Virus record (IMG/VR): IMGVR_UViG_3300020599_000003
Location: 96,001 to 160,000 of that record
Reading direction: 5' to 3' (one strand)
DNA from: a virus
Length of the DNA: 64,000 bases
Shown: one piece after another, positions 19,630 through 28,738 of the stretch
Position numbering within the stretch: the stretch's first letter is position 1
Layout: each line of letters begins with the position of its first letter
Notes under the pieces: generated by a model
What the model saw: only the letters and a program-made list of their open reading frames with translations
What the model was told of the DNA's origin: nothing
Databases searched by the model: none
Position numbers and translations under genes: made by a program

Positions 19630-20505
19630 TCAGAGCGGGATCCCCTGGTCTTGAGCGCCCGCGTCGATCAGGCCCGGAGCACCAGAGATGGTAACAAACA
19701 CGTCGTCGACACTGATGTCCACCGCATAGTTGACGAGGGTGTCCTTGGACGAGTCCAGAGAAATTTCAGCCACGTTTGTGATCCAGCACCCCGTGTAAGT
19801 AATGTACGCGACCTTGGAGAGGTCAGGGGCCAGGATGACGGCTGTGATGGGGCGCTTGATTTGAGCAGGCGCAGCCCACATGCCACCCCTCACGTTGGAG
19901 TTAGGGGGTGAAAATGGCACTAGCGGCGAGTTGTGCCATGCGTTCAGGTAGCGGAACGAGAGGCCCTGCGAATCCCCGTAGACCGTGAGCCGCATGTTGC
20001 CGACATCGTAACCTGCCGGATATTTCGCCTTCCGGCCGTTGCGGAAGATGGTGCGGGCCTCGTACTGGCGGAGTGGTAGAGTGGCCTCCAGGACGTATTC
20101 GTACCCGAGGCCAGTAGCACCAGACACTAGGCTGGAGGCTGAGCGGGTGAGCCCCTGAGTAACGTTTGCCGCCACGCTGGAGGCGAAGCCTGCGTTTGCC
20201 CCTAGGCCAGAGGCGAGGTCTCCAGCAGCGCCCCCGATTGCTCCCGCGACGCCACCGACTGCGCTCCCGATCATCCCGGTTCCGGACGAGATGCCGAAGT
20301 CATACCCCGGCAACTCGATGTACCACGTATGAGACAGAATCGGATCGGGGAGCTTGGTCGCGTCCTTGAAGGGATTGTAGGGGTTGAAGACGAGGTCGTT
20401 GAGAGAGGGGGCGCCGCCAGTGGTTAGATTCACGGCTGCACCAGCGACGTTGATGCCGGGGATCTTGCTGCTCAACCCCAAGGCTGTGTTCACGTCGAAT
20501 CTCAT
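19630..20505 (-). CDS. Tail tube-like protein (gp19/gp54 family)
   Basis: Likely start MRFDVNT at 20505 (GGAG RBS). YTGCWITNVAEISLDSS tube-type motif; Gly/Ala-rich insertion. Confidence 0.6.
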   Translation of the reverse strand: MRFDVNTALGLSSKIPGINVAGAAVNLTTGGAPSLNDLVFNPYNPFKDATKLPDPILSHTWYIELPGYDFGISSGTGMIGSAVGGVAGAIGGAAGDLASGLGANAGFASSVAANVTQGLTRSASSLVSGATGLGYEYVLEATLPLRQYEARTIFRNGRKAKYPAGYDVGNMRLTVYGDSQGLSFRYLNAWHNSPLVPFSPPNSNVRGGMWAAPAQIKRPITAVILAPDLSKVAYITYTGCWITNVAEISLDSSKDTLVNYAVDISVDDVFVTISGAPGLIDAGAQDQGIPL

Positions 20506-20678
20506 ACTGTACTCCAAGAAAAGAAGCAGGCCCAACCGACGTGCGACGGGATAAGGACCTGCCGAAAGCCGTGTAGAGGAGCATCCCGCCGAAGACTCCA
20601 ACGGCGCACGATGAGTAGTATCCTAGTAGGACTAGATTGTAATCCACTCAGTGACGTGGACGCATAGAGTCCATGCGA

Positions 20679-21131
20679 TCAAGTTCCGAAAAGAATCGCA
20701 ATCCCGCTCGGGCTGGTCGGAGCGAACGGGTTCGGGTTAGGTCTGTCGATTAGGTGCATCATCGTCGCGTCGCGCCCCTGCTCGCGGGGTGCTTCAGGGT
20801 TCATGTGCTTGCCGATGTCCACCGACTTGGTGATAGGGTCAGGCTTGCGCATGTTGATGACGATCTCCTGAGTGTCATCAGCGTCGGGCACATATTCAGG
20901 CTTGAGGTTGGTCTGATATATGAGCCACGTATTCGACATCTCCGGATCGTCCACGCGCTGGATACCGAGGTTGTCCAGCACGAAGTTGATCTGCTGGTCC
21001 GGGCAGGCTACCACGAGCTTGATTCTGCGAGTGGCACACCAGCCCTGGATGGAGATCAGATCTCGGTAGATCCGAGCCTTCACGGCGTCATTGAAGACGT
21101 CGTAGGCAATACCAAGGATTTCGGGTTTCAC
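20679..21131 (-). CDS. Hypothetical protein
   Basis: 150-aa ORF; GTG start overlaps the upstream TGA. Confidence 0.6.
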   Translation of the reverse strand: MKPEILGIAYDVFNDAVKARIYRDLISIQGWCATRRIKLVVACPDQQINFVLDNLGIQRVDDPEMSNTWLIYQTNLKPEYVPDADDTQEIVINMRKPDPITKSVDIGKHMNPEAPREQGRDATMMHLIDRPNPNPFAPTSPSGIAILFGT

Positions 21132-21391
21132 AGCTTCCTCCGCAAGCGAGAGGTGAGGGTGGAGTAGTCCTGGTCGTCAAGTTCGATAGCCTGCGCATTG
21201 ATGACGACAGTGTTCTGCAAGGCCGACACGAGGACCGAAGACCCCGTGCGCAGGATATGCCCCCGCACTCGAATCTCCGGCCCTTGGTAGAAGTAGGGAA
21301 CCGGAGCAGTCATTGCCAAGCGAGCACGTATCTGATTCAGAGTGGAGTCGTCGTGGTGGCTGGTCTTCAAGTGGTACATAGATCCTGTCAT
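21128..21391 (-). CDS. Hypothetical protein
   Basis: 87-aa ORF coupled to the portal stop (ATGA overlap). Confidence 0.55.
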   Translation of the reverse strand: MTGSMYHLKTSHHDDSTLNQIRARLAMTAPVPYFYQGPEIRVRGHILRTGSSVLVSALQNTVVINAQAIELDDQDYSTLTSRLRRKL

Positions 21392-23262
21392 CCGAGTTTG
21401 TGCTTGACTGCCCCCAACCTGGAGCTATTGCGCTTCATCAGGTCCAGTCGGTAGTTGGGGTCCTTGCTGGCAGTAGCAGCGATCTTCGCGATGTCCGCAT
21501 TGACCTTATGGCGCTTCTCTGCCTGAAGCATGGAAGGTACTGCTTTCCGCTTCCCGGTCCGAGTGTAGTCGTAATGTTCAGTGGGAACGCCGGGGAAACG
21601 AGCGAGCAGCGGAACCTTCGGCACATACTGGTCGTACTGCGACAGGGGGATGGTCGGCATGCGACGGTAGGAGGCTTCGGCGTGGTAATCGCCTTCGTCA
21701 GCGACGTCGTCGTAATCGCTGACCCCGAGGGAGACTTCGGAGTCGGTCTCGTGCGAGGTGTCCTTGCCAGTGATCTGTTCAATCTTCCGGCGAAGCAGGA
21801 CATCTTCATCCATATCGCGCAACAGGGCTTCCGGATCGATCTTCGCAGCGGCCATGTAGCGCAGCAGCGGGATGGGTACACCGTGCTCGGACGCCTTCTC
21901 CAGCATCTCGAACGTGTTAAACTCGTCCAGGGCTTGGAGGTCCTTCTTCCAGTGGACGCGAGGCATGATCAGGTTGGCCCGATCGTTCGCGTTGTAGAAA
22001 TAGTCCTCGAAGGTCTTGCTGCGCGTGAGGGTCGGGTCCTTGAAGAAGCCATTGATGATGGCAACCATCGGGAAGATGCGCTGGTAGAACACACGATGGG
22101 TGAGCTTCTCCCGGAATTCGTTCAGGCCCTCCAGGAACATGGAGTAGGACGATTCGTGCGCCTGGAAGGTCACACCGTCTGCGCCGAGGAACGCCTCAGA
22201 CACCCCGAGGGAGCGGAGCTTGTACTGGACGAGGGAGTCCATCACATCAGTCCACTTCCAGAAGTCACCACCCGGACGCAGGTCCGTAGCCTGGACAGAG
22301 TTGCGCGTCGTAACCCACCCACCAATGGGGTCCAGCTCGGCTGCCATGAACTGCTCAACGAGGGCGGCAAGCTCCTGGCCTGTGGGAGTCCAGTCGCTGT
22401 CGCCTGCCGTGACGTGTGTCATGGCACGCTGACGACGTTGCGCTTCTGTGAGAGTGCCACGGAACATGGCCTTCTCGAACAGATAGATGGGCAACAGGCG
22501 ATGCAAGAAGGATACGTACGGACGATCCGTCATCGGGCCACGCGGGATGAACAGCGTGGTTGCCGGGTTCAGATCGAAGCGCCCCGTGTTCAGCAAGTCC
22601 CGGAACGCCGCAGGCAGAGAGTTGATGTAGCGGAGGTTGTACTCGGAGTTGTTGTGCAGGAACTGACTGATCGCGTTCGACACCGTGACCTGGATGTTCG
22701 GGTCCTTGTTGAAGAACGGAGTGGTGCGCACCGAGCATTGCAAGGCATCGTGGATCATCGTGTCCGAGAAGCGCTTCTTGTACGCATCGTAGATCACCGT
22801 GCCACAGAAGAAGCCGTCCACAAGATGGGACCAGCCGATCTTCTGGAACATGCCCCGGAGGTTGAGCTGCGACACGGCATCCGTGTACACCCGCTTACGA
22901 TCCGGGTCGATGCCGTTCAGGTCGAAGTCCGAGAACGGGAGGTTCAGCATGAGGTCCACGACCGAGCCGCCGACGCTGTCGTACAGGTAGATGTCGCGCC
23001 AGAAGAAGTTCAGCGCGGCAGGGTCCGACAGATAGGGCTCAGCCGGGAGGATCCCTGTGAAGTAATACTGATACTGCGACGGCCACAGAGTGTTGACCAT
23101 CAGGTTCGCGCCGTTGCCCAGACCATTCAGGTTGCCGTTGCTCGGGGCCGCATCAGCAGTGAGCTGGTGCGGAGGTTTGGGCCGGAAGGTCGGCGACGAG
23201 ACAGGCTGTCCTCGCGAGGCTTGGTTGGAGGCTATAGCCCGGATGATGTGATCTTTCGACAT
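21388..23262 (-). CDS. Portal protein
   Basis: 624 aa; IYLYDSVGGSVVDLMLNLPFSDF, HLVDGFFCG, FLHRLLPIYLFEK, LRSLGVSEAFL; terminase 8 kb away. Confidence 0.8.
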   Translation of the reverse strand: MSKDHIIRAIASNQASRGQPVSSPTFRPKPPHQLTADAAPSNGNLNGLGNGANLMVNTLWPSQYQYYFTGILPAEPYLSDPAALNFFWRDIYLYDSVGGSVVDLMLNLPFSDFDLNGIDPDRKRVYTDAVSQLNLRGMFQKIGWSHLVDGFFCGTVIYDAYKKRFSDTMIHDALQCSVRTTPFFNKDPNIQVTVSNAISQFLHNNSEYNLRYINSLPAAFRDLLNTGRFDLNPATTLFIPRGPMTDRPYVSFLHRLLPIYLFEKAMFRGTLTEAQRRQRAMTHVTAGDSDWTPTGQELAALVEQFMAAELDPIGGWVTTRNSVQATDLRPGGDFWKWTDVMDSLVQYKLRSLGVSEAFLGADGVTFQAHESSYSMFLEGLNEFREKLTHRVFYQRIFPMVAIINGFFKDPTLTRSKTFEDYFYNANDRANLIMPRVHWKKDLQALDEFNTFEMLEKASEHGVPIPLLRYMAAAKIDPEALLRDMDEDVLLRRKIEQITGKDTSHETDSEVSLGVSDYDDVADEGDYHAEASYRRMPTIPLSQYDQYVPKVPLLARFPGVPTEHYDYTRTGKRKAVPSMLQAEKRHKVNADIAKIAATASKDPNYRLDLMKRNSSRLGAVKHKLG

Positions 23263-23267
23263 AGGTC

Positions 23268-23762
23268 TTATAGTCCCGTGGGGCCGTAGAACAGTTGGTC
23301 CTTGAAGGACAGGATCTGACCGCCGAAGCGCTCAGTGGCCTCCTCGGCCCATTCCTTGTGCGTTGCACCCTTCACCATGTTGATGTGGGCATTGTATTCG
23401 AGGAAGCCGTGCTTCCAACCATTGGTGGCGAGGTTACGATGCTGGACCACAGCCTTGGGGAAGTGTAGGATGCACACGATGATATCGCGGCCCTTGTGGT
23501 CGGTCCAGCATTCGAAGTGCCGGATGCGGGCGTACGGAGGGATGTCGCACTCCTCCCACGGACGCCCGGTGGTATTGCTGAACATCACCGTGCAATGCCA
23601 CTCCATGGGAGGGACGAGCTGATCGCGTTCCGGATAGGTGGCAGCAACCTCGATGAGATCGAACATCGCCTCAGGCGTGAGGTGGTAGCAGAAGTATCCG
23701 CCCTCGCGGCCGAGCACGTCGTTGGCGTTGCGGAGCTGATTGTATTCGAGGCTGATAGCCAT
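23268..23762 (-). CDS. 2H phosphoesterase, T4 57B/Acb1-like
   Basis: 164 aa; WHCTVMFS (HxT) and WKHGFLEYNAHINM (second His motif, HxN variant). Confidence 0.65.
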   Translation of the reverse strand: MAISLEYNQLRNANDVLGREGGYFCYHLTPEAMFDLIEVAATYPERDQLVPPMEWHCTVMFSNTTGRPWEECDIPPYARIRHFECWTDHKGRDIIVCILHFPKAVVQHRNLATNGWKHGFLEYNAHINMVKGATHKEWAEEATERFGGQILSFKDQLFYGPTGL

Positions 23763-23771
23763 TGGTGTTCC

Positions 23772-24641
23772 TTAGCCGGACATGAACTTGACGAGATCCG
23801 TGGAGATCGTCGTGTAGACAGATTGTACCGACGAGGCGAGGCGATTGCGGGTTTCGCGAGTCAGGTCAGAAACCTTGTCCTGGGGGGCTGTAGACAGATC
23901 GACATCCAACGTCATGAACTCACGCACCAGCGCCTCAGCCAGAGTCTTGAACGCAGGCTGGATGACGCGCTCAACCAGATGCTGAGCAAGCTGACCGCGA
24001 TCGGACTGAGCACGCGCAGAGTTGAGCGTCTCCAGGATCATGGACATCATGCTGTTGATCTGGTATACACCGTGCCGACCGCCTGAGTCGCGTACAGCCT
24101 GTTCAGCGAACGGGATCAGGTCGGTGAGCGTCTGCAGGATGGCCTTGTGTACCGTGTTGGTGGCGCTCTCGAAGTTGCCGTCTTCAAGCAACTTCTGGAT
24201 GGTCTCAACGTTCTTACCGACGATGGAGTTGCTGAGCGTCTCATCGTCGGTGAGGCTGATTCCCTGCCGATTGCGGATCCGGTCCAGATTGCGAGCAACC
24301 TTGGCAACCTTCTTGATGGCCTTCTTGACCGCACGGGGATTCGTCAATGCAGTAGAAGCTGATTTCTTGACCGCCTTCTTGACAGGATGCTGCTGACGGG
24401 GCATGGGCGCTGAGTCAACCTCACCGATGTCGTGAGCGCGGCTGTAGGCAACCTTCTTGACCACCTTCTTCACAGGGCGACTGAATTCGCCAGACAGGTG
24501 TGGAGGGGGCGGGCGCTTTACAGGACGTGGCCCACCTGAAGGAGGGCGTGGGCCTGGGGGGCGAGGACCACCGCTAGAGACACGCCCGTTCTGCACGGGG
24601 CGGCGGGGCTGCCCCTCTCGGTACAGATTGATCGTGGTCAT
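23772..24641 (-). CDS. Hypothetical protein with Pro-rich and KKAVKK-type basic N-terminus
   Basis: 289-aa ORF; helical C-terminal half. Confidence 0.65.
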   Translation of the reverse strand: MTTINLYREGQPRRPVQNGRVSSGGPRPPGPRPPSGGPRPVKRPPPPHLSGEFSRPVKKVVKKVAYSRAHDIGEVDSAPMPRQQHPVKKAVKKSASTALTNPRAVKKAIKKVAKVARNLDRIRNRQGISLTDDETLSNSIVGKNVETIQKLLEDGNFESATNTVHKAILQTLTDLIPFAEQAVRDSGGRHGVYQINSMMSMILETLNSARAQSDRGQLAQHLVERVIQPAFKTLAEALVREFMTLDVDLSTAPQDKVSDLTRETRNRLASSVQSVYTTISTDLVKFMSG

Positions 24642-24647
24642 GAGAGC

Positions 24648-25022
24648 TTAGTACTGATCCCACTGCTGGAAGGTAGGTTCCGGGTATGACGCAGGGGCCG
24701 GCGGAGGCATGTTCGGCATCGTGGCAACGTTCTGCCGGGGTTGCTGAGCCGTCAGCTCGGCCAGCTTCTCGTTGGTGAGGGGCAAGCACACCCGGGATTC
24801 GGGATGCACGGCGACGAACGAAGGATCCATCGAACCATCAGCGTTGCGATAGAAGATGCGGACGATCTTCATGGGCTGACGGGTGACAGGGCAGAGCAGG
24901 TTGTTCACCGTGTCCGCAGACATGTCCACCCCAGCGGACACCGGCTTCGGCTCCGGGCGCTTGCGTGCGGTGAGCGTGTTCTTCGAGGAGTCCCAAGCTT
25001 TGGGTACGCGCAGAGTGGTCAT
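24648..25022 (-). CDS. Hypothetical protein
   Basis: Likely start MTTLRVPK at 25022, overlapping the RuvC stop (ATGA); CPVTRQPM motif. Confidence 0.6.
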   Translation of the reverse strand: MTTLRVPKAWDSSKNTLTARKRPEPKPVSAGVDMSADTVNNLLCPVTRQPMKIVRIFYRNADGSMDPSFVAVHPESRVCLPLTNEKLAELTAQQPRQNVATMPNMPPPAPASYPEPTFQQWDQY

Positions 25023-25576
25023 TTTCGGGCCTTCCGTTTGTGTAGAGGTTCTTGCGAGGTTGCTTCTGTCTGACGGATGATGTCGTCGATGTCGTACTGG
25101 ATCTTGGTGTTCAGACCCTTCTCCAAGCCGTAACATCCTTGGAAGACAGCATCGATCTGGTGCGGGGTCGTCATACATCGCTTGTAGACACCATCCAGCT
25201 TCTCCGTTTGCTTCTGGAGTGGGACCTTCCACGAGGCAGCGGTGATGACCTTCATCGGCATATCGATGAAGTGGATGCACAAGGCCCCTAGCATGATGCC
25301 AACCATCTCGACAGTCGTACCCATCAGGCCGCGAGACTGGAAGCGCTCAGCGATGATGGCTGAAGGGTTGTATTCGTTGACCCATTCCTCGACTTCAACT
25401 AGGAACTGCGACACACCGTCGCGGAAGCGGTCCTTGATGTTGTCGAGAGGGCATTCGAGGATGCCATTGGCTATGACTAGGGGCTTGTTGGATCCTCGGG
25501 GGAGCTCGACAATACCGATGCCGAAGTTGGTCTTCCCAGGGTCCAGCCCGAGTATGCGTCGGGTGGATGTTGCCAT
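25019..25576 (-). CDS. ruvC: RuvC-like Holliday junction resolvase
   Basis: RILGLDPGKTNFGIG, IIAERFQ, ASWK and HQIDAV carry the catalytic acidic residues; start MATSTRR at 25576. Confidence 0.85.
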   Translation of the reverse strand: MATSTRRILGLDPGKTNFGIGIVELPRGSNKPLVIANGILECPLDNIKDRFRDGVSQFLVEVEEWVNEYNPSAIIAERFQSRGLMGTTVEMVGIMLGALCIHFIDMPMKVITAASWKVPLQKQTEKLDGVYKRCMTTPHQIDAVFQGCYGLEKGLNTKIQYDIDDIIRQTEATSQEPLHKRKARK

Positions 25577-25617
25577 GATCTGGTGGTCGTGAAGCGTTGT
25601 ATGCGCGGGGCGCATCA

Positions 25618-25624
25618 TAAAATT
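25618..25624 (-). promoter_or_regulatory. AATTTTA motif (putative phage promoter)
   Basis: CATAAAATTGGG on +, 42 bp upstream of the ruvC start. Confidence 0.55.
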
Positions 25625-25649
25625 GGGCACAGGATCATAGGCACCAACG

Positions 25650-25687
25650 AAAAAGCCTCCCCACAGATCGCTCCATGGAGAGGCTTT
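25650..25687 (-). terminator. Intrinsic terminator
   Basis: AAAGCCTC/GAGGCTTT stem with TTTTT on the minus strand, right after the stop at 25693. Confidence 0.65.
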
Positions 25688-25692
25688 GGGCA

Positions 25693-25863
25693 CTATTCAT
25701 CGTCGCGTTCAATCTTACGCACGACGCTTTCCATGCGCTTCTTACCGATCTTGAAGAGCTTCTTGCGAGCCTTTGCTGGCGGAGCACAGCAGGCACACCT
25801 AAGACCACCGGGACCTACCTGGAAGCCTTTGTACTTGGAAAAGAATCGCTTGTTCTGGATCAT
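25693..25863 (-). CDS. Small basic Cys-motif protein (56 aa)
   Basis: Hand-translated: MIQNKRFFSKYKGFQVGPGGLRCACCAPPAKARKKLFKIGKKRMESVVRKIERDDE; AGGAG RBS; terminator follows. Confidence 0.7.
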   Translation of the reverse strand: MIQNKRFFSKYKGFQVGPGGLRCACCAPPAKARKKLFKIGKKRMESVVRKIERDDE

Positions 25864-25932
25864 GGGTATCTCCTATTAGGATATACGCATGAGTGCCTCC
25901 TTGTAGATAAGTGTGCGTAGGACTGGTGTTGA

Positions 25933-26346
25933 TCAGATGGGCGTGACCCGTTCACCAGCCTTGATGGTGACCACTTCGGTTGCCATGACGTGGAGGGCAC
26001 TGATCTTCGCGTCGCCCTTGGACAGATTGACCGACGGCGGCAGAAGCAGAGCCTTGCCCTGGAAGTTCTTGACGTAGTGGCGACCAGCCAGCTTGAACAC
26101 GGAGTTCTTCGGGACGTCGCTGAACTTCACCACCGACGACGCGCCCAGCTTGGCGACCTCGGAGTCGAGGTCGAACTTGCTGCCTTTGAACACGGCGTTG
26201 CTCTTGCGGGCGGCTGCGGATTTCTTGGTCACGACTTCAGCCGCCTTGGCAACGGTGCGTTTGACATTGACCTTCTTCACGACAGGCTTCTTGGCTTCGG
26301 TCTTGGTAGCCTCGGTGGGGGTCTTCTTGGTTTTGGTTTGCGGCAT
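25933..26346 (-). CDS. Lys/Ala-rich histone-like protein
   Basis: 137 aa; N-terminal 55 residues dominated by K/A/V/T. Confidence 0.6.
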   Translation of the reverse strand: MPQTKTKKTPTEATKTEAKKPVVKKVNVKRTVAKAAEVVTKKSAAARKSNAVFKGSKFDLDSEVAKLGASSVVKFSDVPKNSVFKLAGRHYVKNFQGKALLLPPSVNLSKGDAKISALHVMATEVVTIKAGERVTPI

Positions 26347-26377
26347 GTTTGTGATGCTCGTGTGCTTGTGGTTGAGG

Positions 26378-27145
26378 TTACTTGGTCTTGACCCGGTTCA
26401 GCGTGCGCCGCACCGATTCGAGGGTCTTGGGCTTGTTGGCGAGAGCGCCGGACGCGACCCAAAACTCGATTTCCTTGCGCTTGAATCGCTTGCCATTGGT
26501 GCGCAAGCTGTTCAGCGTTTGGACATCGTTCTTGTTGGCGACGCCGATCATCCAGGAGTTGAACTCGCTGGACACTTCGGCAGCATCCGTTGAGGGGTGG
26601 GCCGCCGTGGTCTGCTTGATGGTGCCGGTCCGGCTGGCAATGTAGTCGTCGGACAGATCGGGAGCGCGCTTGATGCGACCTACGTCTTCCGCAGCCAGTT
26701 CCGCGAAGGTCTTGGCTTCGCTGGCATTGCGCTGGCCGTCCATCAGCACCTTCACAGGCGCGTCTTCCAGCGAACGTGCCGACGCGGCTTGCGTGATCTT
26801 GGCTTCACGTTCAGCGATCTCGGCGCGCTCTTCGTCGGCACCCTCGTAGTTGTTCAGGAGTTCGGCGTACTCAGGCGTGATGAACTTGATCAGCTTGTCG
26901 TCGGCGTAGCGACGGAGCAGCGGAGTCTCCAGCAGGTGACGGCGAGGGACGCGATTGGTCAAGCAGTACGGGAGCCACGTAGCCGGTAGCTTGATGTGTT
27001 CGGCCGGGGCATTGGGGATCGGTACGGCCAGGATCAGCTCGCCGATCTGCTTGGTGCGCGGATGGTCGCCGGACGTGTTGATGACCCAGATGGGTTCCTG
27101 GGGATCCTGGCGTTCGACTTCGTTAATAGTCAGCTCTTTTTTCAT
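26378..27145 (-). CDS. Hypothetical protein
   Basis: Likely start MKKELTINE at 27145 (AGAGGA upstream); 255 aa. Confidence 0.65.
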   Translation of the reverse strand: MKKELTINEVERQDPQEPIWVINTSGDHPRTKQIGELILAVPIPNAPAEHIKLPATWLPYCLTNRVPRRHLLETPLLRRYADDKLIKFITPEYAELLNNYEGADEERAEIAEREAKITQAASARSLEDAPVKVLMDGQRNASEAKTFAELAAEDVGRIKRAPDLSDDYIASRTGTIKQTTAAHPSTDAAEVSSEFNSWMIGVANKNDVQTLNSLRTNGKRFKRKEIEFWVASGALANKPKTLESVRRTLNRVKTK

Positions 27146-27161
27146 AGGTGTGAGGGTCCTC

Positions 27162-27500
27162 TTATTGATTCGTGTAGAGAGTGGTAGTTCCGTCGGATAC
27201 GACAACGAAAGAGCCAGCCGGGAGTATGTTGTTTTGGTCGTACCAGACATCGCTCGCCCAGAAAGTGCCGAGCACTCCCTGACTGAACAGTTCGTACCGT
27301 ACAACTGGATCATATGCCTTTGCGAACCAGTGGTTATCGTCTTTCTGGATGTTCTCCAGGAGAACGCTGCTCAAGATGACGGTGGAACTCGGTCGGATAT
27401 TCAGAGCGATGAAGGACTTGACGTCGTTGAAGTCGCACACGGCATGTTGGTCTTGACTGGCGATGGCCGCTTCGATTTGCTCCTTCGTGAGAATGGTCAT
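27162..27500 (-). CDS. Hypothetical protein, possibly a capsid P-domain-like fragment
   Basis: 112 aa; AGAGG RBS; DPVVRYELFSQGVLGTFWASDV..ILPAGSFVVV segment. Confidence 0.55.
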   Translation of the reverse strand: MTILTKEQIEAAIASQDQHAVCDFNDVKSFIALNIRPSSTVILSSVLLENIQKDDNHWFAKAYDPVVRYELFSQGVLGTFWASDVWYDQNNILPAGSFVVVSDGTTTLYTNQ

Positions 27501-27796
27501 AGGTTGGATACCTCTTTAAACTTGGATTTGATGGAGTCTGTGATGCGGATGACGACTGCCTCAGAAGGGGGACGCTCCCCAACCAAAGCAGCGATGGTCT
27601 GTGCTGACGGTGGATTGCCGTCGAAGGCGCTGGAGTACTTGCATACTCCAGTCTTCCGGTGCTTCCACGTGCAAGACCCTGAAGGCAGGGGGCATACCGG
27701 CGTGATGAGCTTAGCGTTGATGACGACGCACTTGGTATGGTCCTCACCTTCCGAGGCGGCGGAGACAAGTCCGGCCGCTAGGTTGGCTTGGTTCAT
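27497..27796 (-). CDS. Hypothetical Cys/His-motif protein
   Basis: Likely start MNQANLAAG at 27796; CPLPSGSCTWKHRKTGVCKY. Confidence 0.55.
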   Translation of the reverse strand: MNQANLAAGLVSAASEGEDHTKCVVINAKLITPVCPLPSGSCTWKHRKTGVCKYSSAFDGNPPSAQTIAALVGERPPSEAVVIRITDSIKSKFKEVSNL

Positions 27797-27816
27797 AGAA
27801 TACTTTACTACATTCG

Positions 27817-28521
27817 TTATGTGGAGATCTCTCGCTTGCGAGCTGCTCTGGCATCCAGCATGCGCTGTCGGTATTCGGGATCTTGCCAACGCTTTCTGAT
27901 GAAGTCACTAAAAGCTTTGCGGCGATCAGGATCATCCCAGTCCTTCTTCCTCTGTGCGGAAAGTGCCGCCCGATGTGACGGATCCTGACCGAGCTTCTTC
28001 ATTGACTGGCTCAACGTCTTGCGGTACTCTGGGTCCTGAGCAGCCTCTCTTCGCTTGGATGTCAGACGTGCCCTGTAAGAAGGGTCTTGCCAGAGCTTCT
28101 TGTTGGCGTCGCTGCGTTCCCTTCGTAGTTCTGGATCGGACCATTCAGACTTCCGTACTTCGGACATCTTCTTCCGCGTCGATTCGGAATGACGGAATCC
28201 AGACACCCCTTCGCCTCCAACTGTCAAGTTCGTCAGGCATCCTGTACCATCAACTTCTCTGCCATAGTAGGCAATCCATTCACATTCTAGTTTGAATGCC
28301 TGAGCTTCAGTAAGACTTTCGGCGAGTATCTTGATGCGGATGCGCTTGCCTTCCGCCAGATCCTTCTTGATGATGTTGTTCTTATGCGTGTTGGCACGCA
28401 ACTTGCTTTCTAGGAAGTGCTTCTCTGCGCGGTAGCCTTGGCCCTTACCTATATAGAACGGCTTCTTCTTACGCTCGCGTTACAGGGCGTACACATAGAA
28501 GATTTGCCGATTGGTGCTCAC
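27817..28521 (-). pseudogene. GIY-YIG homing endonuclease with a premature TAA
   Basis: GTG at 28521 reads VSTNRQIFYVYAL*RERKKKPFYIGKG. The TAA at 28480-28482 replaces the Tyr seen in the paralogue at 58205..59071 (YVYGLYRERKQKPFYIGKG). The rest is open to 27817. Confidence 0.85.
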
Positions 28522-28688
28522 TTCGCACCCCGCTTCTTGAGCGACTGGCGGACTGCATCGCAGATGAGCTTGCTGACGGATACGTGAGGACTACCATCAG
28601 CAGAGCTTTTCAACGAGATCATCTTGAGTTGGTTCAGGAGCTTACGCTCGATACTCAAGGAGGTGACGGTGAGTTCAGGCTTCTTCAT
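28518..28688 (-). CDS. Ribbon-helix-helix DNA-binding protein (56 aa)
   Basis: Hand-translated: MKKPELTVTSLSIERKLLNQLKMISLKSSADGSPHVSVSKLICDAVRQSLKKRGAK; TGA overlaps the endonuclease GTG. Confidence 0.7.
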   Translation of the reverse strand: MKKPELTVTSLSIERKLLNQLKMISLKSSADGSPHVSVSKLICDAVRQSLKKRGAK

Positions 28689-28701
28689 GGCGCTAGTACC
28701 T

Positions 28702-28728
28702 AGTGGTTAGTAGTGCCATAAAATTGGG
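28702..28728 (-). promoter_or_regulatory. 27-bp promoter/leader element identical to 59090-59116
   Basis: AGTGGTTAGTAGTGCCATAAAATTGGG on +, exact copy at both endonuclease loci. Confidence 0.75.
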
Positions 28729-28738
28729 CCTGGTGTGG

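Noticed and set aside
20300-20647. ORF with hydrophobic N-terminus (possible holin)
   Set aside because: No clear RBS and it overlaps the tube-like gene by ~200 bp; not supportable without homologues.
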